Assembly (NCBI GenBank): GCA_020348445.1
Contig: CP070751.1
Location: 4,886,101 to 4,950,100 of the forward strand
DNA from: Thermoplasmata archaeon
Lineage (GTDB): Archaea; Thermoplasmatota; Thermoplasmata; GCA-020350865
Direction: 5' to 3'
DNA: 64,000 nucleotides
The position numbers were made by a program, and so were the translations under genes. This document shows positions 35,884 through 47,600 of the stretch, piece after piece; position 1 is the first letter of the stretch, and each line of letters begins with the position of its first letter. Below the pieces are notes generated by a model. The model worked only from the letters and a program-made list of their open reading frames with translations, was not told where the DNA came from and searched no databases.

Positions 35884-37724
35884 TTACTCCCCTCCTTGGC
35901 CAGATCAGCAAGTTCTTTTCTTGCCTTGTCATCCTCTCCAAATGGATTATGATATTCCTTTATGTTATCTGCTATCTTCTTGTGACTTTCAAGCTCAAAG
36001 CCCTGCTCAACAAGATATGCCCTTATACTCTCCACAATATCAGGAACCTTGATCTGAGAGGGACAGGTAATTGTGCAGTTCATGCAGGTGGTACACTGAT
36101 AGAGCTTGTCGGCAAGTTCTTTTGAGGGCTCTAACTTACCTATCATGAGATTGTAGGCAAGGATGACCTTTCCCCTGGCATTGGTAGATTCTAAGGATGT
36201 TTGACCGAACACTGGGCAACCGATTCTGCAGAAGCCGCACTTTACGCAAACCAATATTTCATTGTCAGCGTGCTTTCCAAAACTTTTTATGATCTCTGGC
36301 TTTTCTATTAGATCCTTGTATGCAAAGAAGTCGAATATGTCGGTTTCTTTACCGTCAAGGGAAAGCTTGCCTGGATTTAGTATGTTGTTTGGATCCAAGG
36401 CCTCCTTTATTTTCCTCATTATAGAAACGGCATAACCGTGCTCCTTTTCCAAAAATGGGGCTCTTGCCCTTCCCACGCCATGTTCTGCTGTTACCGTACC
36501 ATTGTACTTCATTGGGATAGAAATCAGTTCATCGGCTACCTTCTTTACCTTACCCCATCCTTCCTCATTTCTAACATCCAAGATGAAGGTTGTGTGAAGA
36601 TTTCCGTCTCCGATATGTCCAAAGGATGCGATTATAATATCGTTTTCTTTTGAAATCCTCTGGGCTTCTTTTATGGCCTCTGGAATCTTGGAAATTGGAA
36701 TGCCAAAGTCCTCGGCAATGGGTATAAGTCTGAAACCTTCCATGTACCTTGAGAGGGCGGAAACAAGACCTGATCTCACCTTCCATATCTCTTGTCTTTC
36801 GTTCGGTTCATCAGACCATCTTAGATCCTTGCCATTGTGCCTCTTACAAATTTCCAGGATCTTGTGAATGTGGCGCTCCACAGCCTCCTTGTTTCCATCC
36901 ACCTCCATCATGAGCATGCCTTCGATTCCCTCCAAATCAAGGTTCATGGACTCGCTTACGACCTTGATGCTGATATTATCCAGAATCTCGCATGCTGAAA
37001 GGGGTATCCCCGAGGAAAAAATCTCGGCTATGGCAGATCCTGCATCGTCCATATTTACGAAGGAAGCCACAGAAAATGCAATGTACTCGGGCATTGGGAC
37101 GATCCTGAACGTTATTTCAGTTATTATGCCCAAGGTGCCCTCGGCACTCACGAAAAGTCTTGTGAGATCGTAACCTGAGGATGTCTTTGGAGCCTTTGTT
37201 CCTGTCCTTATTGTCTTACCATCTGCAAGGACCACCTCCAGGCCGAGGACATAATCCTTTGTGGTTCCATATTTTATGGCCCTGACACCACTTGCGTTTG
37301 TTGATACCATACCACCGACGGTACATATTGCCGAACTCCCGGGATCAGGTGGGAAGAAATAATCTGGTGCTAGTGCTTTGTTCAAATCCTGACAAATCAC
37401 ACCTGGCTCCACAATAATGTATCTGTCCTCGACTCTGATCTCCTTTATGCTGTTCATTTTGCCCATATCAAGGATTATTCCGCCGAAAACAGGCAAAACA
37501 GCCCCTGTTACGCTGGTTCCGGAGCCCCTGGCTGTAACGGGAATTTTCTGTTCATGCGCCAGAGCCAGTATCTTCGACACTTCCTCAGATGAGCCGGGAA
37601 ATACGATGGCATTGGGCTTTCCCACATGAACAGACATGTCCCTTGAGTAGCATATCAGCTCTATTTCGTCGACAACGACGTTCTGCTCCCCCACTATGTC
37701 CTCAAGTTGCCTTTTATAATCCAC
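35880..37724 (-). CDS. FAD-linked oxidase (GlcD / D-lactate dehydrogenase family) fused to a 2x[4Fe-4S] domain
   Basis: ARGSGTSVTG, PPDPGS, GGMVSTNASG, GYDLTRLFVSAEGTLG, GHIGDGNLH, AEHGVG, NILNPGK; CVKCGFCRIGCP and CTTCMNCTITCP; GTG start. Confidence 0.9.
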   Translation of the reverse strand: MDYKRQLEDIVGEQNVVVDEIELICYSRDMSVHVGKPNAIVFPGSSEEVSKILALAHEQKIPVTARGSGTSVTGAVLPVFGGIILDMGKMNSIKEIRVEDRYIIVEPGVICQDLNKALAPDYFFPPDPGSSAICTVGGMVSTNASGVRAIKYGTTKDYVLGLEVVLADGKTIRTGTKAPKTSSGYDLTRLFVSAEGTLGIITEITFRIVPMPEYIAFSVASFVNMDDAGSAIAEIFSSGIPLSACEILDNISIKVVSESMNLDLEGIEGMLMMEVDGNKEAVERHIHKILEICKRHNGKDLRWSDEPNERQEIWKVRSGLVSALSRYMEGFRLIPIAEDFGIPISKIPEAIKEAQRISKENDIIIASFGHIGDGNLHTTFILDVRNEEGWGKVKKVADELISIPMKYNGTVTAEHGVGRARAPFLEKEHGYAVSIMRKIKEALDPNNILNPGKLSLDGKETDIFDFFAYKDLIEKPEIIKSFGKHADNEILVCVKCGFCRIGCPVFGQTSLESTNARGKVILAYNLMIGKLEPSKELADKLYQCTTCMNCTITCPSQIKVPDIVESIRAYLVEQGFELESHKKIADNIKEYHNPFGEDDKARKELADLAKEGSK

Positions 37725-37949
37725 GAAATTACCCCCCTTTTTAAGGCAGAGTGTATAAGATATTCTCAGTATTTATTGTTTGGGGAATGGAAATATTCAG
37801 GCCCGGGGATAGTATATTAGGGATGGTTGGATGAACTGTGTCTATTTTATGGGTAAACACATCCAATCAATGATATGTCCCAAAATCCCCGAGATAACAG
37901 TGAGATAAAATATATATCCTTTAAAGAATTATCATCACGCGGTGAAAAT

Positions 37950-38459
37950 ATGGAATCCCAACTTATCGGCGAAAATAAAGGCGATAATGCCCAAATTCCC
38001 CCAGATTCAATGGAAAAGGAAAGTTATCCTAATTACCCACAACCACCAGGCCGTCCCCCCGGGGCTGTGGCTGACCTCACAAAGAGATTCAAACAAACAG
38101 ACAAGGTAATGAAGCTCATTGTATTCGGTATAATCTTCATGTTCATTGGAACTATTTTCATATCCATCGTATCAATGGGTGGAGGCCCAAATCAATGGGA
38201 TGAGAAGTACGATAAGAATGATGACGGAGTAATTGATGAGGACAAGAGGAACAATTACTATAAGGATTTGAGATTGTACGACACAGTCCGTGATATCGGT
38301 GTTTTAATTGGTAAAATCATCATCAATATCGGAATCCTGATTCTGGTGCTCGCCCTTTTTGGAGGGGGCCTAGTAAACGATGATCTGGATAAATATGTGC
38401 GCATTGGCATGATCATAGCAGCAGGCCTCATCATCGGTTGGTCAGGTATGATGATCTGA
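37950..38459 (+). CDS. Hypothetical 3-TM membrane protein with a DxNxDG loop
   Basis: Three hydrophobic segments; loop DKNDDGVID; GGTGA RBS before the ATG at 37950. Confidence 0.6.
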   Translation: MESQLIGENKGDNAQIPPDSMEKESYPNYPQPPGRPPGAVADLTKRFKQTDKVMKLIVFGIIFMFIGTIFISIVSMGGGPNQWDEKYDKNDDGVIDEDKRNNYYKDLRLYDTVRDIGVLIGKIIINIGILILVLALFGGGLVNDDLDKYVRIGMIIAAGLIIGWSGMMI

Positions 38460-38489
38460 TCATCTTCCCCTTATAATTCCAAGATTATT

Positions 38490-39341
38490 TCAATAACCAA
38501 GCGCCTTTGCCAATTCTTTGGCCACAGAAACAACGCTGGTTTCGTTCTCGATTGTATCTGTTGATATTACCTTGTCGCAAACCGATTTTAACCTAGGAAG
38601 TGCGTTTTTGGCAAAAAGTCCATGAGTACAGGCAGCGTAGACCTCATCTGCACCTTGGGACTTAAGCTGCTCAGTTGCTTTTACAATTGTGCCGCCAGTT
38701 GCGATGATGTCGTCCACTATGGCCACCTTTTTTCCTGAGACCGAAACGTTCTTTGCCTTCATTTCTACAGTCTCACCGTCTATTCGGATTTTCTCGAGGT
38801 AATCCCATTTGCAGCCAGTGAACTCTGCCGCTATCTTAGCAAGTTCCAGTGCCCCCTCATCAGGGGCGATTATAATGTCAGGGGCCAAGTTTTTAAGATA
38901 TGCTCCTATTTGCGGCATGCTAGAGATGTTTTTTGTTGGTTTTTCAGAGATCTCCAATACACTCTCTTCATGGATATCCACCGTAATCAAGGAGTCAGAG
39001 GAGAGCTGAATATGCTTAACCAGTGTTTTGGCGGAAATGGGCTCCCCCAAATTGAATTTCTTGTCCTGTCTTGCATACCCGAAGTAAGGAACCACTGTAA
39101 TGAGGTTTTTAATATCGAATTCCCTTATCGCATCTTGAAGCAGAAACAGCTCAATTATCTTCTCATCAGGATACGATGTTTGAACAAGAACAACCTCCTC
39201 CCCATCCAGATTTTCATGGATTCTCACATAGCATTCAAAATCAGGAAAGCGCCTTGATTCCACATTGGCCAAAGCACAGCCCGTTTCCTCGGCAAGTGTA
39301 TTTGACAAGGATTTCGAAGCAGAACCTGAAACAACTATCAT
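38490..39341 (-). CDS. prs: Ribose-phosphate pyrophosphokinase
   Basis: RRFPDFECYVRI, PYFGYARQDK, LITVDIH, IAPDEGA, IVDDIIATGGT, ACTHGLF. Start moved to the ATG at 39341. Confidence 0.96.
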   Translation of the reverse strand: MIVVSGSASKSLSNTLAEETGCALANVESRRFPDFECYVRIHENLDGEEVVLVQTSYPDEKIIELFLLQDAIREFDIKNLITVVPYFGYARQDKKFNLGEPISAKTLVKHIQLSSDSLITVDIHEESVLEISEKPTKNISSMPQIGAYLKNLAPDIIIAPDEGALELAKIAAEFTGCKWDYLEKIRIDGETVEMKAKNVSVSGKKVAIVDDIIATGGTIVKATEQLKSQGADEVYAACTHGLFAKNALPRLKSVCDKVISTDTIENETSVVSVAKELAKALGY

Positions 39342-39398
39342 CCTTACACCCACAGGGTGAATGGCGATATAGAATTTTTATACTTTCGATTGAATGTC

Positions 39399-39423
39399 AA
39401 AAACAAAAAAAAGAAAAGAAGAA
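39399..39423 (-). terminator. U-rich archaeal-type terminator tract after the small CxxC gene
   Basis: Plus strand AAAAACAAAAAAAAGAAAAGAAGAA gives a long U/pyrimidine tract on the minus-strand transcript, about 35 nt after the stop codon. Confidence 0.5.
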
Positions 39424-39458
39424 TGATAGAATCCGAAGGAGTCCTCATTCATTCCTTA

Positions 39459-39632
39459 TTAGAACCTTCGTGGCGGCCTGCGCTTCCTATAACACTCCTG
39501 GCAATAAACAGGTCTGGTGCCATCGGGCTTAAACGGTACCTGGGCCTCTTTTCCACAATCAGCACATGTTACCGTATGCATTTCTCTGGGAGGACGGTTA
39601 TATCCGCCTCCTCCTCTTCTCTCTCTATACAT
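39459..39632 (-). CDS. CxxC-x17-CxxC domain small protein (57 aa)
   Basis: Translated by hand: MYRERRGGGGYNRPPREMHTVTCADCGKEAQVPFKPDGTRPVYCQECYRKRRPPRRF*. Exactly 17 residues between the CxxC motifs, with the VPFKP..RPVYC signature. Below the ORF-track size cutoff. Confidence 0.92.
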   Translation of the reverse strand: MYRERRGGGGYNRPPREMHTVTCADCGKEAQVPFKPDGTRPVYCQECYRKRRPPRRF

Positions 39633-39829
39633 TTATATACTACCTATCTTTTCGCAAGTTCCATTTTGGAAACTTGTTGAGTAACTGAATAATCCTATAC
39701 TATTTAATACTATTTGGTGAAAACTTTGAGGGCTTGTGAATTGCCATATGCTTCAAAATATACCCTGAACCACCAATACCATTATCTTAATAAACTAAAA
39801 CCCTTATTACTGCAATATCCGGTGAAGAA

Positions 39830-41437
39830 ATGGACGAATGGATTATTTACACGCTATTATTGATACTTATTAATATCATTATATTGGTCATATTAAAATC
39901 AATTGGTGCCTTCAAGGAGAAGAAGGTCTCTTTGTGGGGCCCTTTTCTTATGTGGCGCACTGAAAAGGGTAAGAAGCTCATTGAAAAGCTGGCGCGTCCT
40001 AAAAGAATTTGGCGATGGTACGGTAACGTTTCTGTTGCCATATGTCTTGTTACAATGATTCTTATGATGGTCTTCCTGATCTGGACAACCACTTTGGTTT
40101 CCAGAATACCAAGAGAAAGCGCACCCTCCCCGCAGCTTCTTCTTGGCATACCTGGTGTGAATCCCATCATACCATTGTGGTACGGGATTTTGGCCCTTGC
40201 GGTGGCCATCATAATACATGAATTCGCACATGGCATCCTATCCAGGGTAGGGAAATTAAAATTAAAATCTCTCGGAATCATATATTTTCTATTCCCCTGG
40301 GGGGCCTTTGTTGAGCCTGATGAGGAGGAGCTTAGAACCACCACCAAGAAAAAGCGGATGAGAATATTTGCTGCAGGACCTTCTACGAACATCATATTCG
40401 CCATAATATGCGCACTCATTTTCTCCTGGGGTTTTATAGGCTCTATCTCGCCTGTAACCGAGGGTGTTTTCATAAGTGGGGCATTGGCAGACAGCCCAGC
40501 TCACGAGGCTGGTTTGAGCAAGATGTGGATGGAGATAGTTGAAATAAATGACACACCAATTAAGGATATCGAGGACTTTGAAAACGTGCCTGCTCCCAAG
40601 CCCCTTGAGAACACCACAGTGAAATATTTTTACGAGGGTAATTTTCGCACTGTAAATGTAACGTCTGGGGTTGTGATACTGCACGTATCTGAGGATTACC
40701 CCGCAGATGATGCCGGAGTGGAAAGTGGGATGATCCTATTGGAGATCAACGGCACCGAGATTCGCAACGATGGGGATTTTCAGGATGCCATGAAATTGAC
40801 AAGACCCAATCAGAATGTGAATATAACCCTTTATGAATACAACGAGACCACAGATTCCTATACGTTGTTCAACACCACCGTGACCTTGGAGGACAAATAC
40901 GAGTACTACGAGGAGCACTATCCACAGGTCAACAAAGAGTCCTTTCGGAATGTGGGATTTCTGGGTGTCAGCCATGGGTATCTTGGTCTAAAACCGGGTG
41001 GAAATCCAAAAGCCTTAGCAGACATGCTCTCACACCCTTTTTCCAATGTGGACTCAATGGACGAGGCAACGTACAACATGCTCATCTACATTCTGCTGCC
41101 ATTTCAGGGATTGTCTCCTTTTCCTGAGCCCATGACAGAACTATACGAGGTAACTGGTCCTCTTGCGGTCTTACCCTCGGGAGTATTCTGGACCCTAGCC
41201 AATATTTTTTATTGGCTCTTTTGGCTGAACCTCATGGTAGGGTGGACTAACACCCTACCTGCCGTTCCCCTGGACGGAGGTCATCTGTTCAAGGACTCCT
41301 TGGATGGCATCATATCAAAAATTAAAAGGCAGCTTGACAAGGAAACCCGTGAGAGGTATGTTGCAGCCATCACATACTCACTGGCCCTTCTTGTGCTTGT
41401 CATGATTTTATATCCCCTTATAGGCCCGAGGCTTTGA
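39830..41437 (+). CDS. Site-2 protease (M50 intramembrane metalloprotease) with PDZ-like inserts
   Basis: IIHEFAHG (HExxH), GAFVEPD, FAAGPSTN, NTLPAVPLDGGH (NxxPxxxxDG); two PDZ-like segments (DSPAHEAGL, DYPADDAGV). Confidence 0.93.
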   Translation: MDEWIIYTLLLILINIIILVILKSIGAFKEKKVSLWGPFLMWRTEKGKKLIEKLARPKRIWRWYGNVSVAICLVTMILMMVFLIWTTTLVSRIPRESAPSPQLLLGIPGVNPIIPLWYGILALAVAIIIHEFAHGILSRVGKLKLKSLGIIYFLFPWGAFVEPDEEELRTTTKKKRMRIFAAGPSTNIIFAIICALIFSWGFIGSISPVTEGVFISGALADSPAHEAGLSKMWMEIVEINDTPIKDIEDFENVPAPKPLENTTVKYFYEGNFRTVNVTSGVVILHVSEDYPADDAGVESGMILLEINGTEIRNDGDFQDAMKLTRPNQNVNITLYEYNETTDSYTLFNTTVTLEDKYEYYEEHYPQVNKESFRNVGFLGVSHGYLGLKPGGNPKALADMLSHPFSNVDSMDEATYNMLIYILLPFQGLSPFPEPMTELYEVTGPLAVLPSGVFWTLANIFYWLFWLNLMVGWTNTLPAVPLDGGHLFKDSLDGIISKIKRQLDKETRERYVAAITYSLALLVLVMILYPLIGPRL

Positions 41438-41593
41438 AAGGTTAATTCCTTATTTTTTTGTGTGTACTTATGACAATCCTAGCAAATTTAATAGGGAGGC
41501 TCTTCTAAAATATCTAAGGTAGGGAGGGCGGCGGGGGTAAGGTGGAGGGGGGAAATAGGGAAGGGCAAAATTCATAAAAAGCCAGTAAAAAGG

Positions 41594-41620
41594 TATAAAT
41601 ACCCAATAATCATATGATTA
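41594..41620 (+). promoter_or_regulatory. TATA box plus 14-bp palindromic operator upstream of the S8 peptidase gene
   Basis: AAAAAGG-TATAAATA (41587-41601) followed by the perfect palindrome TAATCATATGATTA (41607-41620). Confidence 0.55.
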
Positions 41621-41659
41621 ACCCAGTTATTGATTTGTTTAACCTCTGGGGGATATCAG

Positions 41660-44600
41660 ATGAAAAAGGGACCTGCAAAAGGTCTATTTTGCATGATTAT
41701 CGTTTTGGTTTTTCTCCTTTCCTCGTTTAATATCGCGGCTTTTAGTGGTATTACCATTAAAAAACATCCTGAAGATAACCTGCATTTTGACACCGAGATT
41801 CCCCAGGATAAGGTTGTTCCGGAGCCCGAACCGAATTTTGATACCACTGGAATACAAGAGGATGCAACAGGTAATTCAGATTTCAAACCTTCCCCTTCTG
41901 GTCAGGTGAGCACGAACGCGGATTTTAAAGGAAATGGTTTACCTTTCTGGAAGATCGAAACTACTCTCTTGGCACAATTAAAGGACACGGATTCCGTCAA
42001 GGTGATCATCACCTCAACTGACATGGGCCAGGTAAGGGAATTATTAGGCCAAGGAAACCAAGATTTCACATCCAGACATAAAAAAAATAATGCAAGACTC
42101 GAAACATCAATACTTGAAGTTCAAAGCCATATGGTTCTGAAAATCGCATCCTTGGAGAGAGTGATTAGCATACAGAGTTACAGACTTCCACAGCCTCCAA
42201 AATTCCCTGAAGGAATCGAAGGTACAGGGGATTTCGATTCTGAATACGAACCCACCATGTGGAACGCAGTAAAATACCACGGAGCTGATACTGCCTGGGA
42301 TCTTGGGTACAACGGCTCAGGAGTAAATGTTGCAGTCATAGATACCGGGGCGGATTTCGGTCATCCAGATTTGAACGGGACCCAAGCCAGGGATGAGAAT
42401 CCCGCTTCCCCATATTACGGATGGCCTTTGGCTTTTGATTCAAGGTCCATGCTAAGCTATCTTTCCTCGGGAGGGCAGGGTTTTACAGGTTCAGGTGGAG
42501 AGGACAACTGGTTTTCAGATACCAATACTACAGACACTGACAGCAATGGAAACGGAACCCTGGATACGTCAGGTTACAATGTCACTGGTATTATAAGCCA
42601 AAGCGGGATTTACCGCCTTGGCAAGCATCCAGATACTAGATTGAGGAACATATATGGGGATTATCCTGGTGTGCTTGTTGTGGATGAGAATTCCCCTGAT
42701 GTTTACGATACAGTCTATGTTGATCTGGACAGCGACATGAACTTCACAGATGAGAAACCGTGCAGAAAATGGGACGAGGTTCCCTCACATGATCTGGGAA
42801 GTGATGGCATTCCCGACAGATCCGGGGGAATGATTTATTTTATTGCAGATGGAACAAATCCTGTACCATACTCTGATGTCATAGCAGATGAGAACGGATA
42901 TACCCTTCCCATACCAGCTAACGGCAGTCTTGTGGTTTTCATGCTCAACGATCCCACAGAATCGGGGGGAAATCACGGTACCTTGTGTGCCTCAGCAGTT
43001 GCAGGACAAGGGGTAATTGCCTCAGGAAGGGTGATTGGCACTGCACCTGAAGCAAAGATAATATCCATAGGGAATGTCTACGGTGGCGGGAACTTTATCG
43101 ATTCCTACTATTTTGCAGTTGAAGGTTACGATGGCATACCTGGAACAGGTGATGAGGCCCAGATTGTGAGCTGCAGCTTTGGAGATTCCCATGTCGTTCA
43201 TGGAGGTTGGGATTATACTTCTAGGCTCGTGGATAATCTGACAACCTATTATGCGCCAAACGTTACCTTCTGTGTTGCCAGTGGAAACGGGGGATACGGA
43301 TACGGCACAGTAGCTTCGCCTGGCTCATCCATGGGTGTGATTACATGTGGGGCGGCCCTAAATAAAAAGGTAACTGAGGTGGTATACTGGTCCAATCGTG
43401 GTCCAAATGCCGTGGGTCAGGTTGATCCTGATATCGTATCTGTGGGTGTTTCTGCATTTGGGGATATGGCATTGAACCAAAGGAACAATGGCAACAATGC
43501 ATATAGATCATGGAGCGGAACGAGCCTGTCAACTCCAGTTACAGCAGGTATAGTCGCTCTGATTTATGACGCATATTTCCAGTCAAATAGTGATTTCCCC
43601 ACATCCAAACTGTCGAGAGAGATTCTCATGTCCACCGCTGATAACATTAACTATGATCCACTTGTTCAGGGTGCAGGTTTTTCCAATGCCACAAGGGCCA
43701 CAAAGGTCGCAAATAACATCTCTGGTCTTTTATTATCACCAACTTTTTGGACTGCAGGGGATTATCGGGGTGTAGATTATGATGCCTTTGCCCACATCAT
43801 GTTTCCTGGAGAGTCGGACAACATTACAATATCTGTTTCGAATGCTGATTACAACAATTCAGTTGATGTAAAAGTTTCAGATTACGTTCTCTCTCTTTCA
43901 GAAACATACACAACTGAAATAGAAGCCAACAAATCCAGAGAGGACGCTTCCACTGCTCGTCCTGATTTTTTGATTGCCCTAAACGATTCAAAGAACAATA
44001 TCTCTCGGATTCCAATAGATACGGCTCTGCTCAAGGTCTCGGGATACATGCCCTATGATGAGTTCGATTCAGATCTCAATTACTTCCAGGAGAACAAGTT
44101 CTGGATCACGATTTACAACTGGAAAGACAACAATGGAAATGGAAGCTACTGGAACGATTCAAACGGCGATGACACAGCCCAGCAGTCGGAAATTGAATGG
44201 TCGGAACTTACGAGCATTTGCTCATCCTCCATTACTGCAACAACCCAAGAGGCTAGAATGCACGATCCTTTATCAAGAATCGATGATGGCCTTATCGTGG
44301 GCATGTTCCATCAGCCAGGAGGGGCTGCTCCCAATATCACTCATCTGTACATTCGATCCCAGTGTTACAATAGAACAGATTGGGATTGGCTTTCAACGAA
44401 CACTACAAATCTAACCATTGGTGCATCTGGTACATCCACGTTCCATGCTTCTATTACTGTGCCGCCTTCAACACCAATTGGGATTTACCAGGGTATCATC
44501 CTAATAAACGATACAAGAAACGAAACTGCAATGCCAGTGATTGTAAATGTTGCTTCAAACTCTCCCCTGTTCACCTTCGGTGGAAACACTCTATCAGAAG

Positions 44601-47600
44601 AACTATACGCCAATGATCAGGTTTTCGGTGCATTCAGATGGGGTTGGAGGTACGAAGGCGGCGATTGGAGGTTCTATTTCATCGACATCCCAGATTCATA
44701 TGATGTCAATCCAGGAACAAAAATAGTGGCTGACGTGAAATGGAATGAATATCCCACTGATATCGATGTTTTCATACTTGGTGAATCATCTGATACTTTT
44801 TCTTATGAAACACCGGAGAGATTCGGGCCCCATACAATGGAGATAAAGGGCAGAAGTGCAGATTCATACATGTGGGGCGGGAAGTTCAGGTTCAATACCA
44901 CGACGGGGGGCCCACAGGAGATTATCTCAGCTGACTTGAGTCCTGGGTTGAACGAGATAATTTTACACAATGTTCTTTTTGGGGGCCAGTCTTTTACTGA
45001 AAATGTAACAGGCCAACTCGGAACTGTCAATGTCACACCCTATCCCTGGGATTTAGGATACATCGATAAAGTTCCCAATTTAACAGGCACACAGGAATTT
45101 ACTGTGCTATCGAGCTTTAATTTATCTGGAATCAATACCAAAGCATATGGTGTATTCCCCCCCATGGAATATCCAAACCAGCAGGTCTATCAAAATGATC
45201 CCAGTGATAAGACTACCTCCAACTGGTCAAGGGAGTTCAACGTAAGTGGAGCAGAATACATCAGGGTCAACGTCTCAAGTCCAATAAGCATGGATATCGA
45301 TCTATTCCTTTTGAGGGACATAAACACCAATGGCATTCCAAACTGGGGCTCGGAACAGGTGGCATCCTCGACTTCGCCGAACGAGGAAGAGGAAATCCTC
45401 CTAAATCTACCTGCAGATGGAAGGTACTGGGTTTTTGTCCACGGATGGAGCGTGCCTTCAAATCCATCACCATTTGACTGCTTTATCGAGGTGGTCTACG
45501 GGGATGATATCGTCACAACGGACGTTCCCTCTGGTCCTTTTAATGCAAATGAAGCTGTAAATTTCAATGCTTCCTATAACCTACCGCCAAATGCTGGGGA
45601 GTTTCGAGGTGTTGTTCTTGTTGGTGTTACAAATATGTCTGCTTCAATTGAGGTTCCTTTCATAGTAAGATTGGAGAGTGAGATACCTTTAATATCGGGC
45701 TTTGTTCCAGAGCCCGACTCTTGGGTAAATTCTACACAGCCTACAATAGGAGCGCAGTATTATGACTCTGGCTCAGGAGTCGATACTTCCAGGGTGTACA
45801 TCTTTTTGGACGGAATAAATCAAACTGTTAATGCCACGAAAAATCCAGATTCCATAACACTTGTTCCTTCATATTCATTGTCTGAGGGCTTTCACACAGT
45901 TTATTTGATAGTGACGGACATGTTCGGAAATGAAAATTACACCGCATGGATATTTTATGTGGACAGCATTGATCCCATTGCCGTTGCCGGAGATGATAAG
46001 TCGTCCTTTGAGGACGAGATAGTATATTTTGATGGCTCTGCAAGCTCTGATGAAAAAGAACTCCGCAACCTTACCTGGGATTTTGGAGACGGTTTCCTCG
46101 GCTATGGAACATATCCAGATCATGTATTTACTGAGGCTGGGACATACACTGTAACTTTGATAGCAAGGGATATCGCAAATAATACAGGAACCGATACCTT
46201 ATTCGTTTTTGTGGACAATGTGGCGCCTGTGGCAAATGCAGGAATCGATCAAATCGTGGATGAAGGAGAAATGACTTATTTCAACGGCAGCGACTCGTAC
46301 GATACTCCCTCTGATATGTCCACCTTGATTTACACCTGGTATTTTGAAGATAGCACAGTTTTATTAGGAATCAATGTAAGCCATTCGTTTTCGGACAACG
46401 GTAATTACGCTGTTACACTGGTTGTGGAGGATAACAACGGTTTTACAGATTCAGATACAATTTTTGTTACTGTGAACAATGTGGCTCCAATTGCTGATGC
46501 CAATGGACCCTATTCAGGAACCGAGGGCGTGGGTGTTATCTTCACTGGCTCGGCAACTGATCCTGGTGAGGATACATTTACCTATGATTGGGACTTCGAT
46601 GATTCAGATGGGATTACCTATTTGGATGCAACTAGTCCAAACCCTACTTGGACTTGGTCCGATGAGTTTTCGGGAATGATATATCTTCGAGTGACTGATG
46701 ATGACGGTGACATTGGATTTGATTCGGCCTCTGTTACAATTACCAATACCGCACCTGTCGCTGATTGCGGCGGACCTTACTCTGGATACGAAGGCACGGC
46801 AATTGCACTCTCGGGCTCAGCTTCCGACCCTGGTGCAGATTCATTAACCTATGAATGGGACCTTGACAACGATGGCCTATTCGATGATGCAACAGGTCAA
46901 AATCCTGAATGGACATGGTACGACAACGGTGTGTTTACAATAAGCCTGAGAGTAAGTGATTCTGACGGTGGAGAAGATTCAGACAAGGAGATTGTGACAA
47001 TCAACAATGTGGCTCCAACAGCTGATGCTGGGGGACCGTATTCTGAGGATGAAGGTTCCGTCGTTTCGTTTACAGGGGTGGCATCCGATCCTGGATCTTT
47101 GGATACATTTACCTACTATTGGGACTTTGGTGATGGAGAAAGTTCAAGCCAGCAGAATCCAACACATGTATATTCAGATGACGGGATTTATATTGCCACA
47201 TTAACTGTTACTGATGACGACGGTGGAACTAATTCAAATAATACTTTTGTAATGATAAACAATGTTGCGCCTACTGCCTACGCACAAGGTCCGTACTCTG
47301 GGGACGAAGGTGCACCTGTGAGCTTTTTCAGCTCAGCAACAGACCCTGGCACTGACACCTTTACCTATGAATGGGACTTTGATGACTCTGATGGAGTGAC
47401 GTATTCAGATGCAACCGGGCCCAATCCCACTTGGACCTGGCCAGACGATTTTTCAGGGACAATTTACCTGAGGGTTATAGATGATGATGGGGGAATTGAT
47501 ATCGATAATACAACTGTTACCATTAATAACATCGCACCTATCCCTGATCCAGGCGGTCCTTACTCAGGATACGAAGGTACATCCTTGGATTTCTCGGCCT

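Noticed and set aside
35878-35885. TGA as selenocysteine or readthrough fusing the FAD and CCG genes
   Set aside because: The downstream gene is in a different frame, has its own RBS and ATG, and the TGA does not align with a Cys position.
39357-39680. 107-aa plus-strand ORF
   Set aside because: Overlaps antisense to the well-supported CxxC-x17-CxxC gene and its terminator.
39847-40473. 208-aa minus-strand ORF
   Set aside because: Antisense shadow inside the site-2 protease; no motifs.
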